From NCBI RefSeq assembly GCF_006345805.1, contig NC_043011.1, forward strand, positions 32,438,464 through 32,502,463: a stretch of 64,000 nt of DNA. Reading direction: 5' to 3'. The notes beneath the pieces were generated by a model. That model was not told the DNA's origin and made no database searches. It saw only the letters and a list, made by a program, of their open reading frames with translations. A program made the position numbers and the translations under genes. Shown one piece after another: positions 51,790-64,000 of the stretch. This DNA is from Octopus sinensis (Eukaryota). Position 1 is the stretch's first letter; each line of letters starts with the position of its first letter.

Positions 51790-53059
51790 CATCGTGCGTA
51801 AGGTATTTGAGGACATACCTTTTATGGGTCATTGCTGCATTTTTTGCTAACTCTGTATAATCTTTGTTTCAGAAAATAATAATGGTAGACCCTCAGCTTA
51901 CTCAAGAAATGAAGAGGCATGTTGTTATTGTGGTTATAAAGGCTGAGCATAGAGATTTAGAAATATTTCGATTTTTAAAAGTTCCCAGATCTTTCGTCTA
52001 CAAAAATTTGTAAGGAGCTAGAGACTGAAGATGGGAGCGTGTCACCAGTGTCAAGGCATAAAAGCATTCTAAACGCTCTGAAATTATCAGAACACCCAAA
52101 TTTATCTAGCAAGTCCAACAGACCATTGATTACAACCCCAGAAAGTCCACGAGGTCAATTGCAAAAGATCTCTATGTGTCAGAAGGAACAGTCAGCAACG
52201 TTGTCTACGAAAACCTCAGATATAAGTCTTATATGATGAGGAAAGGTAAATTTGTCAGAAAAAGCAAAAGAAAATCGCTACATCAGAACTAAAAGGCTCT
52301 TAAACAAACTGAAAAATCCAGCAGAAAAAAGATTTGATTTGGTTTTTCTCAAACGAAAAAAACCTCGACCAAGATCAAAAGGCCAACAGAAGAAACGACA
52401 GATGGTTATGTGCAGGCCCTTCTGAAGTTCCAAGAATTATGCATACAAAGCTTCTTGCAACTGTCATGGTTTTAGGGGTTGTAAGCAATGAAGGACATGT
52501 ATTGCCACTTTACTTCTTTCTACACGGCCTTAAAGTTAAATCTGCTGCCTACATTGATGTCCAGGAAATAATTGTTAAGCCCTGGATAGACAGTGTATGC
52601 AGTGAAAGGCCATATGCGTTTCAGTAAAACTCTGCACTCTCACACATGGTCCTAGTAACACAGGAATGAATGGCTGAAAATTTTCATGATCACATAACCT
52701 CTAATATTTGACCTCCTAATTCTCTAGATCTCAATCCATTGGACTATTACATGTGGAGCATTGTTGAGAGAGAATTCAATGAACAAGCCCATAGCACCAA
52801 AGATTCTTTGAAAGCTGCCATAGTCAGAGTAATGTCCAAAATGAACCAGGACCATTTGATTCGAGCATGTAGATGATTTAGATCTCATATAGAAGCAGTT
52901 GTTGAAGCTGAAGGGGGCTTTATTGAATAACATTATAGAAAAGAACGCTTATTTTTATCCTCATAGCATTTTTTGATCAATAAAGTTATTATCTGTTATT
53001 ATATAGCTGTGTTTTTTTATATAGGCATAAATTCTGTCCTCAGATATATCTTACGCACC

Positions 53060-53062
<3 letters not shown>
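51790..53062 (+). mobile_element. Near full-length Tc1/mariner element (DD37D/maT-like) with decayed transposase ~51882-52930
   Basis: Imperfect ~27-bp TIRs (CATCGTGCGTAAGGTATTTGAGGACA / TGTCCTCAGATATATCTTACGCACCCTG) with TA flanks. FFSNEK...NRRNDR, VMVLGVVSNEG and PPNSLDLNPLDYYMW motifs. Confidence 0.85.
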
Positions 53063-53127
<65 letters not shown>

Positions 53128-53147
53128 GTATTATATATATATTTATA

Positions 53148-53182
<35 letters not shown>

Positions 53183-53218
53183 GATATATATATGTATATA
53201 TATATATATATTATATAT

Positions 53219-53268
<50 letters not shown>

Positions 53269-53380
53269 TTGTGAGTGTTTGTGCTCCACCATCGCCTGAC
53301 AACTGATGCTGGTGGGTTTATGTCCCCGTAACTTAGCGGTTCGACAAAAGAAACCGATAAAATAAATATTAGGCTTATAT

Positions 53381-53420
<40 letters not shown>

Positions 53421-53788
53421 ACGGGAAGCTTTATGAAAATAAACAAAAGACGAAGGCAGGTGGAAAACAAACGAACAATTGTATTAGTATGGCGCTCAGG
53501 AAATATAAATAAAACAAGTCTTTAACGTTCGAGCCTACGCTCTTCAACAGAAAGATACACAGAGAGAGAAAAAACACAGAAAGAAGGAGAGAAAAAAATG
53601 CGTGCAGTAGCTAACGAATCAACATGGCGATCTGATTCGGCCAGAGGTCAAAGATCAAACATGAGACGCGAGAGCGAAATAAGGGGAGAATAGGGTTGAT
53701 AAAGGGTTGAGGGACCAGCTAAAAGTGCGTGGGAGGGGTCTGGATGTGTGTATGTATAGGGTTGGTGTATGTATTAGTATGTATAAAG

Positions 53789-53819
<31 letters not shown>

Positions 53820-54110
53820 AGAGAGTATTAGTGCGTAAGATTGGTCTGGACGTGCGTATGTATGGGGTTGGTGTATGTATTAGTATGTATTAGTATGTAT
53901 TAGTACGTATTGGTATGTATAGGTGTGTGTGTGTGTGTGTGTGTGAGAGAGTATAAGTGCATATGCGGGGTCTGGACGTGTGTATGTATAGGGTTGTGTG
54001 TGTAAGTATTAGTATGTACTAGTATGTATTAGTACGTATTAGTATGTATAGTTGGTGTGTGTATGTATAGTATGGCACATCATATGTGATGTGATGTGTA
54101 AAGTCATGTG
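53421..54110 (-). mobile_element. Family G non-coding element with degenerate hammerhead at 53520-53554
   Basis: CUUU-CUGUUGA-A GAGC GUAG GCUC-GAACGU-U-AAAG and a downstream pLTR like 28186/3397; ends in (TA)n. Confidence 0.6.
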
Positions 54111-54341
54111 GTGTAGTGAGGAGAAGAGGAGGAGGGGAGAAGAGGGGGGAGAGAAGGGGAGGGGAAGAAGAGGGGGAGGCGAAGGGGGGAGAGGAGAGGA
54201 TGGGGGAGAAGGAAGGGGATGAGGGGGATGAAGGAGGAAAGAGGGAGAGGGGGAGAGAGAAGGGGAGAGAGGGAGTGAGGGAGCAGAGGGAAGGGGAAGA
54301 GGGAGGGAGAAAGAGGGAAGAATGGAACCACAGGACGGGAC

Positions 54342-54378
<37 letters not shown>

Positions 54379-54381
<3 letters not shown>

Positions 54382-55229
54382 GTCCCGTCCTGTGGTTCTT
54401 GTGTCGTCTCTGTGGTGTTTCATGTTCTTGTCCATGTCTGTAATTATTTTTACTGTTTACCTATATAATCGGCGGCTACGTATCCACAATTGTCCTTATA
54501 CGATAAGTATATTTTTCTCTAGCATTGATACGACTCTTAATCTGTCTCTTTTCTCTCTCTCTCTCTCTCCTCCCTTATTCCCCTTCCTTTCTTTCCCTCT
54601 CCATCCGTCCCCCCCCCTTCTACGTTTCTCTATCTCTCTCACCTCCAGCCCCCTCGATCTGTTCTTTCTCTCCTCCCTCGTCCACCTTCTCTCTCTTTTC
54701 ATCTGTCCCTTTCTCCTGTCTTTTGTTCTCACGTGACCGCTAGCCACTGTTGAGCGCGCTCTTTTCGTTCCAGCAGTCGCCGAAGCAACACGTATTTGTT
54801 CGTCTCCCTGCGGCCATTAGGCACAACTTCATAAGCCAGCCCCAAACTCAACTCGTCCTGTCGAAAGACCCTTGTCCTACGTCCTGGTTTTGTTCTGTTT
54901 TTTATTTTTACCGTTATTGTTTTTACGTTTTTGTATTCTTATTGGTGTCACGTATTCTGTATTTTTGTTCGTGTACTTCGTTCGTTTTCCGTCCTCGTGT
55001 TGTATACATTCGAAGCTTTCTTCCATGGGATCTAATGCGCTTGGCTTAGATTTCCCATGGCGGGCTGCCCATATCGGAGCAATCTCAAGATTAATCAGCC
55101 GAAATGTGCTAAGATGATCTGGTTCTTGACTGATGACTGAGGGCTTCGAATGTCCCGTCCTGTGGTTCTTGTGTCGTCTCTGTGGTGTTTCATGTTCTTG
55201 TCCATGTCTGTAATTATTTTTACTGTTTT
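54379..55229 (+). mobile_element. Family D element with ~80-bp terminal direct repeats (period ~770 nt) and a short inverted copy
   Basis: AATGTCCCGTCCTGTGG...TACTGTTT at 54379 and 55149. Inverted AACCACAGGACGGGACATT at ~54328-54346 across a (TA)n. Confidence 0.8.
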
Positions 55230-55253
55230 ATATATATATATATATATATAAAT

Positions 55254-55989
55254 CAGTGGCGACTCCGGCAATCGGGCTGTTTGGGCCTAGCCCGAGTAGA
55301 AATTTAGTAAAATGAACGTGTATTTGCAAGCTGATTTCTACAAACACTGAAGTATGTAATTGCTGCCAATACCTAGGGCTTCCTTTACTGAGCCTGATCA
55401 CAGTTCATTTATTTTCCTTCAGCATCTGGCGGTCGTCTTAGAGGTGCCCTGTGTCATAAAATATTATTCGAAGCAGACGTTCTCTCGACATCGTTCTCAC
55501 GCACCTGACTCGGGCTCAGAAGTTACAGCCTGAGTTGTTAACTATAATTGTAAAAATTGAAAGTAATTCAAATTCAGTGTTTTCTTGAAACAATAAATTT
55601 CTGTATAGATTAGGATTTAAATTCCAATCTATGAAAAGTTTCCAGCAAGTCGGGCTAATACGAACGAGCCTAGTAGGTGTGAAAAAACTAACTGGCATCT
55701 CTTGTCAAAAGTACAGGCGACAATCAGATCGCTGATGTTTGTTGTGCACTCCGCCGTCGTTATTTGATTGCTATTATTCTGTGCGTCTGTCTGCAAAGAT
55801 CAGTTGTGTTTTGCAGGGTTGCTTTATTTTAAGTCTTAACTTAGAAATGGAGAAAGATATAGTGTTAGATATAATAAAATAAAACATTTGGGGGTAGTAA
55901 TATTGCGGAAAAACGTAAAATTCTTCGAGCAGTCTTATGCGAAATCTTTGATGAGCTCGAGTGAGGCTGATGACTTGGAGTCGCCTCTG
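55254..55989. mobile_element. hAT-like non-autonomous element with 13-bp TIRs
   Basis: CAGTGGCGACTCC ... GGAGTCGCCTCTG (1 mismatch); no clean TSD. Confidence 0.5.
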
Positions 55990-55994
55990 GTATA

Positions 55995-56037
<43 letters not shown>

Positions 56038-56074
56038 GTGTGTGTGTGTGTGTGTGTGTATGTGTATTTATATG

Positions 56075-56113
<39 letters not shown>

Positions 56114-56299
56114 TCGCACATTCTATAAAAAGGAGGTACCTTATTAGAATAAAGCAACAGAAGCCAGTGGATTCAACGATAAAATCAGAAAAAATAACCG
56201 TAACTCCTCCTCACTCTCTAATAGTTAAAAAAAATATTATTTTGTTCACGCATCTTCCATTTAAATACTGAGTCTGGAATTTCTAAGAACCTCTTAGTT

Positions 56300-56710
56300 A
56301 CATGAACGTTTTCTAATCAACCAGTACTACATAAAGATATTCAATGGAAACAACATTAAATTAAGTTACAGCTGTGTCACCAGCTTGAAAAATCTTAATA
56401 AACTAGTTAAATTAACTGAGATAAGCTGTACATGCCGAAATACAACAAATGCGAACCCCTCTAATTAGAAAGTGAACTGTGAATCGATTTTATAATGAAA
56501 TCACCGCCCCCTAACAAAACTGCACTGCACCGCATCGCCCCAAAACAACCAAACCAAACCAAACCTTAACATCGTGCGTAAACATCATGTAGGTATGGTG
56601 CAAAGTAAATCTAAAAAACGATAGGTCAACCATTATTTCTTCGTTTAGAAATTTAGAAAAGCAGAGTATAACAAAACTATCCAACTATGTAAGGAATTTG
56701 AAAGAATATG
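56300..56710 (+). pseudogene. Old PLE (PLE1-like clade) thumb/GIY-YIG remnant
   Basis: KIFNGNNIKLSYSC and VGMVQSKSKKR*VNH..SFRN...TKLSNYVRNLKE parallel PLE1 RIFNRRTLKVSYSC and YTG...FKTRF.SH...TSLAKYVWELKE. Confidence 0.6.
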
Positions 56711-57309
56711 CCACTATTTTCAGATTTCAACTTGAAGTAGAATGTACTTGAGTGATGCAGATCATATAGGAATGCGACATGAATTTGCGGAGTATGCATG
56801 GCTGAAAAACTACGTATATACAAAAAGAAGACTATCAAAATTACAGTCCGCATATTATCGCCAAATGTAGCCACTTCGATAAGTATCTTCTGAAGCACTT
56901 TAAGATCATACCGTCTGCTGAATGGATCAATGTTTAAGTATTCACCATGAACTATCATATACTCTGTATTTCCCTCTGTAATCTAACAATAACAGACACT
57001 CATGATATTATTATATATTATACCAACACACCGATATTTTCAAATCATTTTTATTTCTAATAAATCAGAATGAATCAATACTTAATATTCACCAAGAATT
57101 GCCGTACCTTCTCTAATTTTCTTTTCAGTCTTAAACCACTTACAAACACTTCGACTCTGATACTTTTTGATACCCAATAATTTTAACACTTCACTTTCAT
57201 TTCCATGTAGTAAATTTTCATCCTTCAACGACTGCAACTCGTACGATAATAAAGTTAAAAAATCAATTACACATAATGTAATTACAACGAAGTATATTCT
57301 ATGATGTGA

Positions 57310-57645
57310 AGGCGCGTGGCTCAGTGGTTTGAGCGTCGAGCTTACGATCGTGAGGTTGTGAGCTCGAGTGCCGGACCGGGCTGCGTGTTATCTTCTTGAG
57401 CAAGACACTTTATTTCACGTTGCTCCAGTTCACTCAGCTGTAGAAATGAGTTGCGGCGTCACAGGTGCCAAGCTGTATCAGCTGTTGCCTTTCTCTTGGA
57501 TAACACTGGTGGCGTGGAGAGGGGGAGGCCGGTATGCATGGACGACTGATGGTCTTCCATAAACAACCTTGCCCGGACTTGTGCCTGGGAGTGTAACTTT
57601 CTAGGTGCAATCCCATGGTCAGTGTCGTGATCGAAGGGAGTCTCA
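57310..57645 (+). mobile_element. SINE family E
   Basis: tRNA-like head GGCGCGTGGCTCAGTGG and family body. Confidence 0.8.
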
Positions 57646-58569
57646 GATATTCTATGATATGCTATCTTTAGCTGATCCATTAATCTTTTTGGCTGAAGAG
57701 GTTTAATAAGACTGAAACAGGCTCTTTGCTTTCGCCATTTCTTTTAAAGACCCAATTCACTATAATATATAATATCAAAAAATTACAATGAAATGATCGT
57801 ATCTAAATTATCTAGCGTTTTTGGTAGATCAATCCATCAGAGAAATTATGAGCTGGTGTCCTTATCGGCTAGCTCCGGTTTGGTCACGATCGAATAAATC
57901 TATGATCAAAGATATTCTGTTTGGGACCAGCTTTTCCCTCTTCTCGGACATACGATGGGGTGTTGAAAAGTTCTTGGTTTTAGGTAAAAGAAAATGCAGG
58001 TGGATTAGTTAATTATGATTTTATTCAACATATTCCCCTCTCAGATTCACACCTTGTAGCGGTCCTTCAGTTTTTCTAATCCCTGTAAAAGAAGTCGGAA
58101 GGTTGGGCCCCCTTAAAATCAAGAAATTCTCAGCATTCCCTCGTACATTAATCTAAAATGTCCTTTCTTTTCATTTTATACTTTTAAGACGGTAGGATAT
58201 AGTATGGGAGGGATTCTTTTGTTGTGTCTCGCTTGTTGATCCACCGTGTAGAGACTCTCTTGCTGTTATTTAACCCCTGGACAACCTTGATTAAGCAAAC
58301 TTACGATCAGTCAAAAGCATTCAGAACAAGCCCAAACCGTCTCTCCCTAGATTACATTATATAATGCATTTTTTTTGCATGATACAAAGTATGGTTTGAG
58401 GGAGATCTAGTTGCATTTTCTAGCACATCAAACGACTGACCACCCTCAGATTAAATATCCTTACATGGTTCATCAGATCAAATGCTGCTTGTGGAAGTGG
58501 AATAAGAACAAAAGAATAAAATATTGGACAAGTTCATGGGTTGTCAGTTAATATATATCATTATAAAGG

Positions 58570-59225
58570 TGGGAGAGCTGGCAGAATCGTTAGCGCGTCG
58601 AACAAAATATTTAGCGGCCTTTTTTCAAAGTTTTTTTACGTTCTAAGTTCAAATTCCGTGAAATCTAAAGACAAAAAATACAATAGCAAGTTGGCAGAAT
58701 CTTTAGCACGCTGGGCAAAATACCTAGCGGCATTTCGTCATGTTCTGAGTTCAAATTCTACCGAGGTCGACTTTGCTTTTCTTCCTTTCGGGGTCGATAA
58801 AATAAGTACCAATGAAACACTGGAGTCGATGTGATCGACTAGTCCTCTCCCACCAAATTTCAGGCCTTGTGCCTACAGTAGAAAGGATTATTATTGTTAT
58901 TATTAAGAAACAGACTGGAGTTTGATGCAGCCTTCCAGTTTGCCAGCCTTGGTCAAACTGTCTAACCCATGCCAGCATGGACAACGGACGTTAAACGATG
59001 ATGATGATGAAGGCGGCAAGCTGGCAGAATCGTTAGCACACCGGGCAAAATACTTAGCAGCATTTCGTGTCTTCACGTTCTGAATTCAAATTCCTCCGAG
59101 GTTGACTTTGAATTTCATCCTTTCAGGGTCGATAAATTAAGTACCAGTGAAACACCAGGTTCGATGTAATCGACTTACCCACGCCTCCAAAATTGTTGGC
59201 CTTGTGCCAAGATTTGAAACCAATC
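58570..59225 (+). mobile_element. SINE family A copies
   Basis: Heads at ~58570, 58665 and 59010. Confidence 0.75.
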
Positions 59226-60024
59226 TAATCTGAAAATATATAAAAAAAGAAAAACAGGAATAGTTATGGCTGGAACAGTTTTTGATCACAGGTCTGCTGG
59301 TTTGAGGCTGACTTACAGTTAAACATCATAAAAAGAAAAAAACCTAACGCAATAGGAACCAATTTTTAAAAATCGGTTAAAGTTCTTCGTACATTAATCT
59401 TGAATCACTGGGTGTTTCCGGGTCTTGCAGTATAGGTGACTTGACTAAAATTGATCAAAACTTTTCTTGTATACAAGTACCATTCATCTGATTCCATTTA
59501 ACGTCACTTTCACTTTTTGGTCAAAGTCATCTCCTTGCTTTCTCTGTTGCCTCCATTCTGTTGATGACTATTCTACTAAACCATGGATGTTCTGATAAGT
59601 ATCTCGTGAGAATTAGGATGCAGAAAGTTCGTCTCGGCTTATGAGGACAACGTCACCGTAATAGTGTCGGACATCTCGGAAATCGAAGTGAACGGCCCTG
59701 CCCTAAAGGAAGGGAAGACAATTTTCCTCTGTTTAGTGGTTATAGTGAAAGAAGTAGTGCGGTGGACGTGGTTGTAAGTACTGGAGATACATACTTTCCT
59801 CTTCGACCAAACTCTCATCAAATTTTTCAAGTTCTACATGAAAAGGTAAGTGAGGGTAGAAAGGGAAGTGCTGCTCTCCTTGTATTTCTCGCTACCCCAG
59901 ATTGATTTTGCCGCCCTAGATATCGTTGCCTCAGATTCATCTCGCTGCTTCAGATTGATCTCACTTTGGTTTTATAATTAATATAATGAGAAATACATAA
60001 ATAATTAACATACAATTTATTTAA

Positions 60025-60187
60025 GGCGTAGGAGTGGCTGCGTGGTAAGTAGCTTGCTTACCAACAACATAGTTCCGGGTTCATTCCCACTGCGTGGCAC
60101 CTTGGGCAAGTGTCTTCTACTATAGTCTCGGGCCGACTAAAGCCTTGAAAGAAGCTCGTCGTATATATGTATTATATATATATATTA

Positions 60188-60229
<42 letters not shown>

Positions 60230-60380
60230 TATATAATATATATTGTATGTGTCTGTGTCTGTCCCCACCGACATCGCTTGAAACCGATGGTAGTGTGTTT
60301 ACGTCCCCGTAACTTAGCGGTTCGGCAAAAGAGACCGATAGAATAAGTACTAGGCTTACAAAGAATAAGTCCTGGGGTCG
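60025..60380 (+). mobile_element. SINE family B
   Basis: Head, CORE-like block and tail. Confidence 0.8.
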
Positions 60381-60924
60381 ATTTGTTCATCAACAGAACG
60401 GATGTTCAAATCAAAGAACGGATGTGTGGTTAAAAGTTCGCTCCATAACTACGTGGACTCCAGTTCGATCTCATTGCACAGCATTATAGGAGGGTATTTC
60501 AAATTCCGTTGAGATCGACTTTGCCATTCATCCTTTCGGGGTCGATAAACTTAGTACCAATTGAGCACTTGGGTCGATATAATTGTCTATCCCCCTCCCC
60601 CAAATTTCAGGCCTTATGCCTATAATAGAAATGATTATAGGAAGGTGTTTTCTTTCACAGCCTAGACTGATCAATACCCGGTCTGTGAGTATAATTTGGA
60701 AAACAGAAACAATTTAGAAACATGACAGCTTAGGTTGCGAACACCATCAAACTGAATAATATTAGTTGATGAGGACCGGAACTTGTCTGCACCTGCTTTG
60801 TCTTATTTTTTAATGTGTTCTCTGTAAATTCCTTTGTCGTCCTTCTGTGCCACCATTTTAACTATATAAATATAAAGTCGTATACAAATATAATTTCCTG
60901 GAAATTATATTTGTATACGACAGA

Positions 60925-60999
60925 CTATGCTGATGAGCTTGCAGATTTCCACGTATCCATATGCGTGGATATTAACGAGCGAAACTGATCGGTAAATAG
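60925..60999 (+). ncRNA. Type I hammerhead ribozyme with extended stem II, preceded by a perfect 21-bp hairpin (60877-60921)
   Basis: CUAUG-CUGAUGA-GCU...AGC-GAAA-CUGAUCGG-UA-AAUAG, with a 9-bp hairpin inside loop II and a G.A mismatch at the base of stem I. Confidence 0.65.
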
Positions 61000-61444
61000 G
61001 TAATCGTTATTATTTCGTACATTTTCATTTGTCTTGCTTATTTTTACACTTTGGTTTGTGCTGAGTTTTTATTTGAGAACACATTCTTCGAGGAAAATAG
61101 CGATTTTGACGTCTATATCTAGCATGTTGACCGTCCACTTTTAGTGGTCAGTCCTTTAAATATTGTATGTAAAAATATTTTAATCTTCGGATTTTTTTAA
61201 TATGCTAGGACACTGGTTTTAATTGATTAATATCAATTTCTATGCTTATTCAATTTTATATATATATATATCTGATGATGGCTTAGCTAGTCAAAATTTC
61301 GAAGTGATTATCAACAACGTTCTTGTATACAAGAACGATAAACTTGTACTTTGTAAAAGTACAAATGTAAAGCATCAGATTAATGTAAGATTGGTGTTTT
61401 ATTTTTGCTATTTAAAAGAAAAAATTAATAACCGAACAAAATGC

Positions 61445-61830
61445 GCTGAGATGGCAGAAACGTTAGCACGCCGGGCAAAATACTTAGTAGTATTTCATCT
61501 GCTGCTACGTTCTGAGTTCAAATACCGCCGAGGTCAACTATGTCTTTCATCCTTTTGGTGCCGATTAAAAAAAAGTACCAGTTATGCACTGGGGTCGATA
61601 TAATCGAATTAATCCGTTTGTCTGTCCTTGTTTGTCTCTTCTGTGCATAGCCCCTTGTGGGTAGCAAAGAAATAGGTATTTCATCTGTCTTTACGTTCCG
61701 AGTTCAAATTCCGCTGAGGTCGATTTTGCCTTTCATCCCTTCATGATCGATGAAATAAGTACCAGTTACGCACTGGTAATCGAATTATATGCACCCAGAA
61801 ATTTCAGGCCTTGTGCCTATAGAAGAAAGG
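61445..61830 (+). mobile_element. Tandem SINE family A
   Basis: Head plus two body units. Confidence 0.8.
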
Positions 61831-61860
61831 ATTATAACTGAACATAACAAACGCATGTAT

Positions 61861-61965
<105 letters not shown>

Positions 61966-62009
61966 GCGTTTGTTATGTTTAGTTATAATTCTTTCTATAT
62001 GTATCTCTT

Positions 62010-62228
62010 TTACTCTTTTACTTGTTTCAGTCACTTGACTGTGGCCATGCTGGAGCACCGCCTTTAGTCGAGAAAATCGACCCCAGGACTTATTCTTTGT
62101 AAGTCTAGTACTTATTCTATCATTCTCTTTTGCCGAACCGCTAAGTTACGGGGACGTAAACACACCACCATCGGTTTCAAGTGATATTGGGGGTGGGGGG
62201 CAAACACAGACACACAAACACACACACG

Positions 62229-62291
<63 letters not shown>

Positions 62292-62460
62292 GCATATATA
62301 CGACGGGCTTCTTTCAGTTTCCGTCTACCAAATCCACTCACAATGCTTTTGTCGGCCCGAGGCTTTAGTAGAAGACACTTGCCCAAGGTGCCACGCAGTG
62401 GGACTGAACCCGGAACCATGTGGTTGGTAAGCAAGCTACTTATTACACAGCCACTCCTAC
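62010..62460 (-). mobile_element. Full-length SINE family B
   Basis: Head, CORE-like block and tail. Confidence 0.85.
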
Positions 62461-62581
62461 GCCTATCTATATTGTGACTGTGGGTACCGCGTAGCGCCTG
62501 ACACCCTTCTGTCACAACTAGTGACAACTGAATTTTTCCTTTTAGTTAATATATATGTGTATATATATATATAATATATAT

Positions 62582-62644
<63 letters not shown>

Positions 62645-62651
<7 letters not shown>

Positions 62652-63130
62652 GTAGAAAAATACAAACTGGGACAAGAACGTAAAACATTTAGAAGACGAT
62701 ACAAAAAACACGAACGGGACATTCGAAGCCTTCAATCTTCAGTCAAGAACCGGATCATCCTAGCAATTTCGGCTGATTAATCTTGAGATCGCTCCGATCC
62801 GGCCAGCCACAAGGAAAAACTAAGCTACGAGCATTAGATTTCTTGGAAGAAGGATTGAATGTATGCGAAACATGGACAGAAAAACGGACGATGCCACACG
62901 AATATAAAATACAAAAAACAATAATGGTAAAAACAGGACAAAAAACAGCGGGTGTCTTACGACTAATAAACAGTACAAGTTTAGCTGGCGTATTTGGAGA
63001 AAATGCCTTTATCGGCAGACGAAGCAACAGATGTTCTCACGGCATGGTGTCGGGGCCAAAAGGCTGATTTTGACCAGCGGTCACGTGAGAGAAGAGAGAA
63101 AAAAGAAAGGGGGCAAAGGAAACAAAGAGA
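62645..63130 (-). mobile_element. Diverged family D copy
   Basis: Shares CGGGACATTCGAAGCC.TCA.TC.TCAGTCAAGAACC.GATCATC with 11350 and 55114; adjoins (TA)n. Confidence 0.7.
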
Positions 63131-63320
63131 GAGAGAAAGAGGGACGAAGGCAACAAAGGGGGGAAGAAGAGAGAGAAAGAAGGAATTAAAGAGGGGAGAA
63201 GAAAGAATGCGTGCCAAGGAGGGCTAGTGAGTGCAAAGTGAGAAAGACAGAGAATTGTGAGAGAGTGGGGGGAAGAGTAGACCAAAGAATCAGAGGCAGA
63301 AAAAGGGAGAAAAGTAGGAG

Positions 63321-63390
<70 letters not shown>

Positions 63391-63474
63391 GGACAGATCA
63401 AAGTAGAGTGCAAAGTGTGAAAGGCAGAGAAATGTAGGAGAGAGAGAGACAGTGTGTAGAGTCTATATATATAT

Positions 63475-63514
<40 letters not shown>

Positions 63515-63529
63515 CTCGTTCTCTAGTCA

Positions 63530-63905
63530 TATAGAACTCCTAGGATTAGTTTCCCGGTTTCTGCGGCGTATATATATCCCACCCCACCTGGATGGGACGC
63601 CGGTCCGTCGCAGGATTACTCTCTTTTGCTAGCTGAATGGACTAAAACAGCATGAAATGAAGTGCTTTGCTCAAGAACGCAACGCATCGCCCCATCAAGG
63701 AATCGACACCACAATCTTACGATCATCAGTAAAACCACTCTAACTGCTTAGCTCCGGCAGAAGGTAATGGCGGACTTCTGCTGACTCTTTCACCACAACT
63801 TTCTCTCACTCTTTCCTCCTGCATCTAGCAGCTCACCTGCGGCGGGGAACTTATACGCCAATGAAACCGGGAAACCGGCGCTTATGAGCCAGGCATAGCT
63901 TGAGA
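63530..63905. mobile_element. SINE fragments (E-related head on minus, C-related body on plus)
   Basis: Similarity to 32500-32740 and to 23520-23660 and 48900-48970. Confidence 0.6.
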
Positions 63906-63944
63906 AGGAACAAACAACAGTATATATATATATACACATACATG

Positions 63945-63977
<33 letters not shown>

Positions 63978-64000
63978 GCAGATTTGCATGTTTTATGTAT

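Noticed and set aside
57685-57730. CTGAAGA...GAAA hammerhead-like string
   Set aside because: No stem I partner and no sensible stem III or NUH site.

Overview
AT-rich, microsatellite-saturated animal DNA. The SINE repertoire suggests Octopus or another coleoid cephalopod (inference). I find no supportable host protein-coding gene, rRNA, tRNA gene or CRISPR array; most ORFs in the track are microsatellite translations. The window is dominated by two back-to-back giant palindromes built from Penelope-like retroelements (PLEs; RT + C-terminal GIY-YIG). PLE1 spans 3523-8751 and is Hydra-clade-like. PLE2 spans 8776-21655, is Neptune-like, and its left arm carries an inverted 2.2-kb copy of the host DNA flanking its right arm. 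In both, one arm is 5'-truncated while the other keeps the 5' end but has lost the RT catalytic core. Hammerhead ribozyme (HHR) motifs from about six unrelated sequence families occur in the window. They include a U3-A8 core variant in the PLE2 pseudo-LTR and a ~475-nt non-coding retrozyme-like unit whose terminal repeat starts 6 nt after a GUC cleavage site; a further non-coding family has an atypical HHR-like core. Most of these elements sit in (TA)n tracts. Also present: several tRNA-head SINE families, 3' ends of RTE and REL-type LINEs, decayed Tc1/mariner (DD34D-, DD37D- and DD41D-like) and hAT transposases, MITEs, and a 100-N gap. All coordinates were read by eye and may be off by a few bases.
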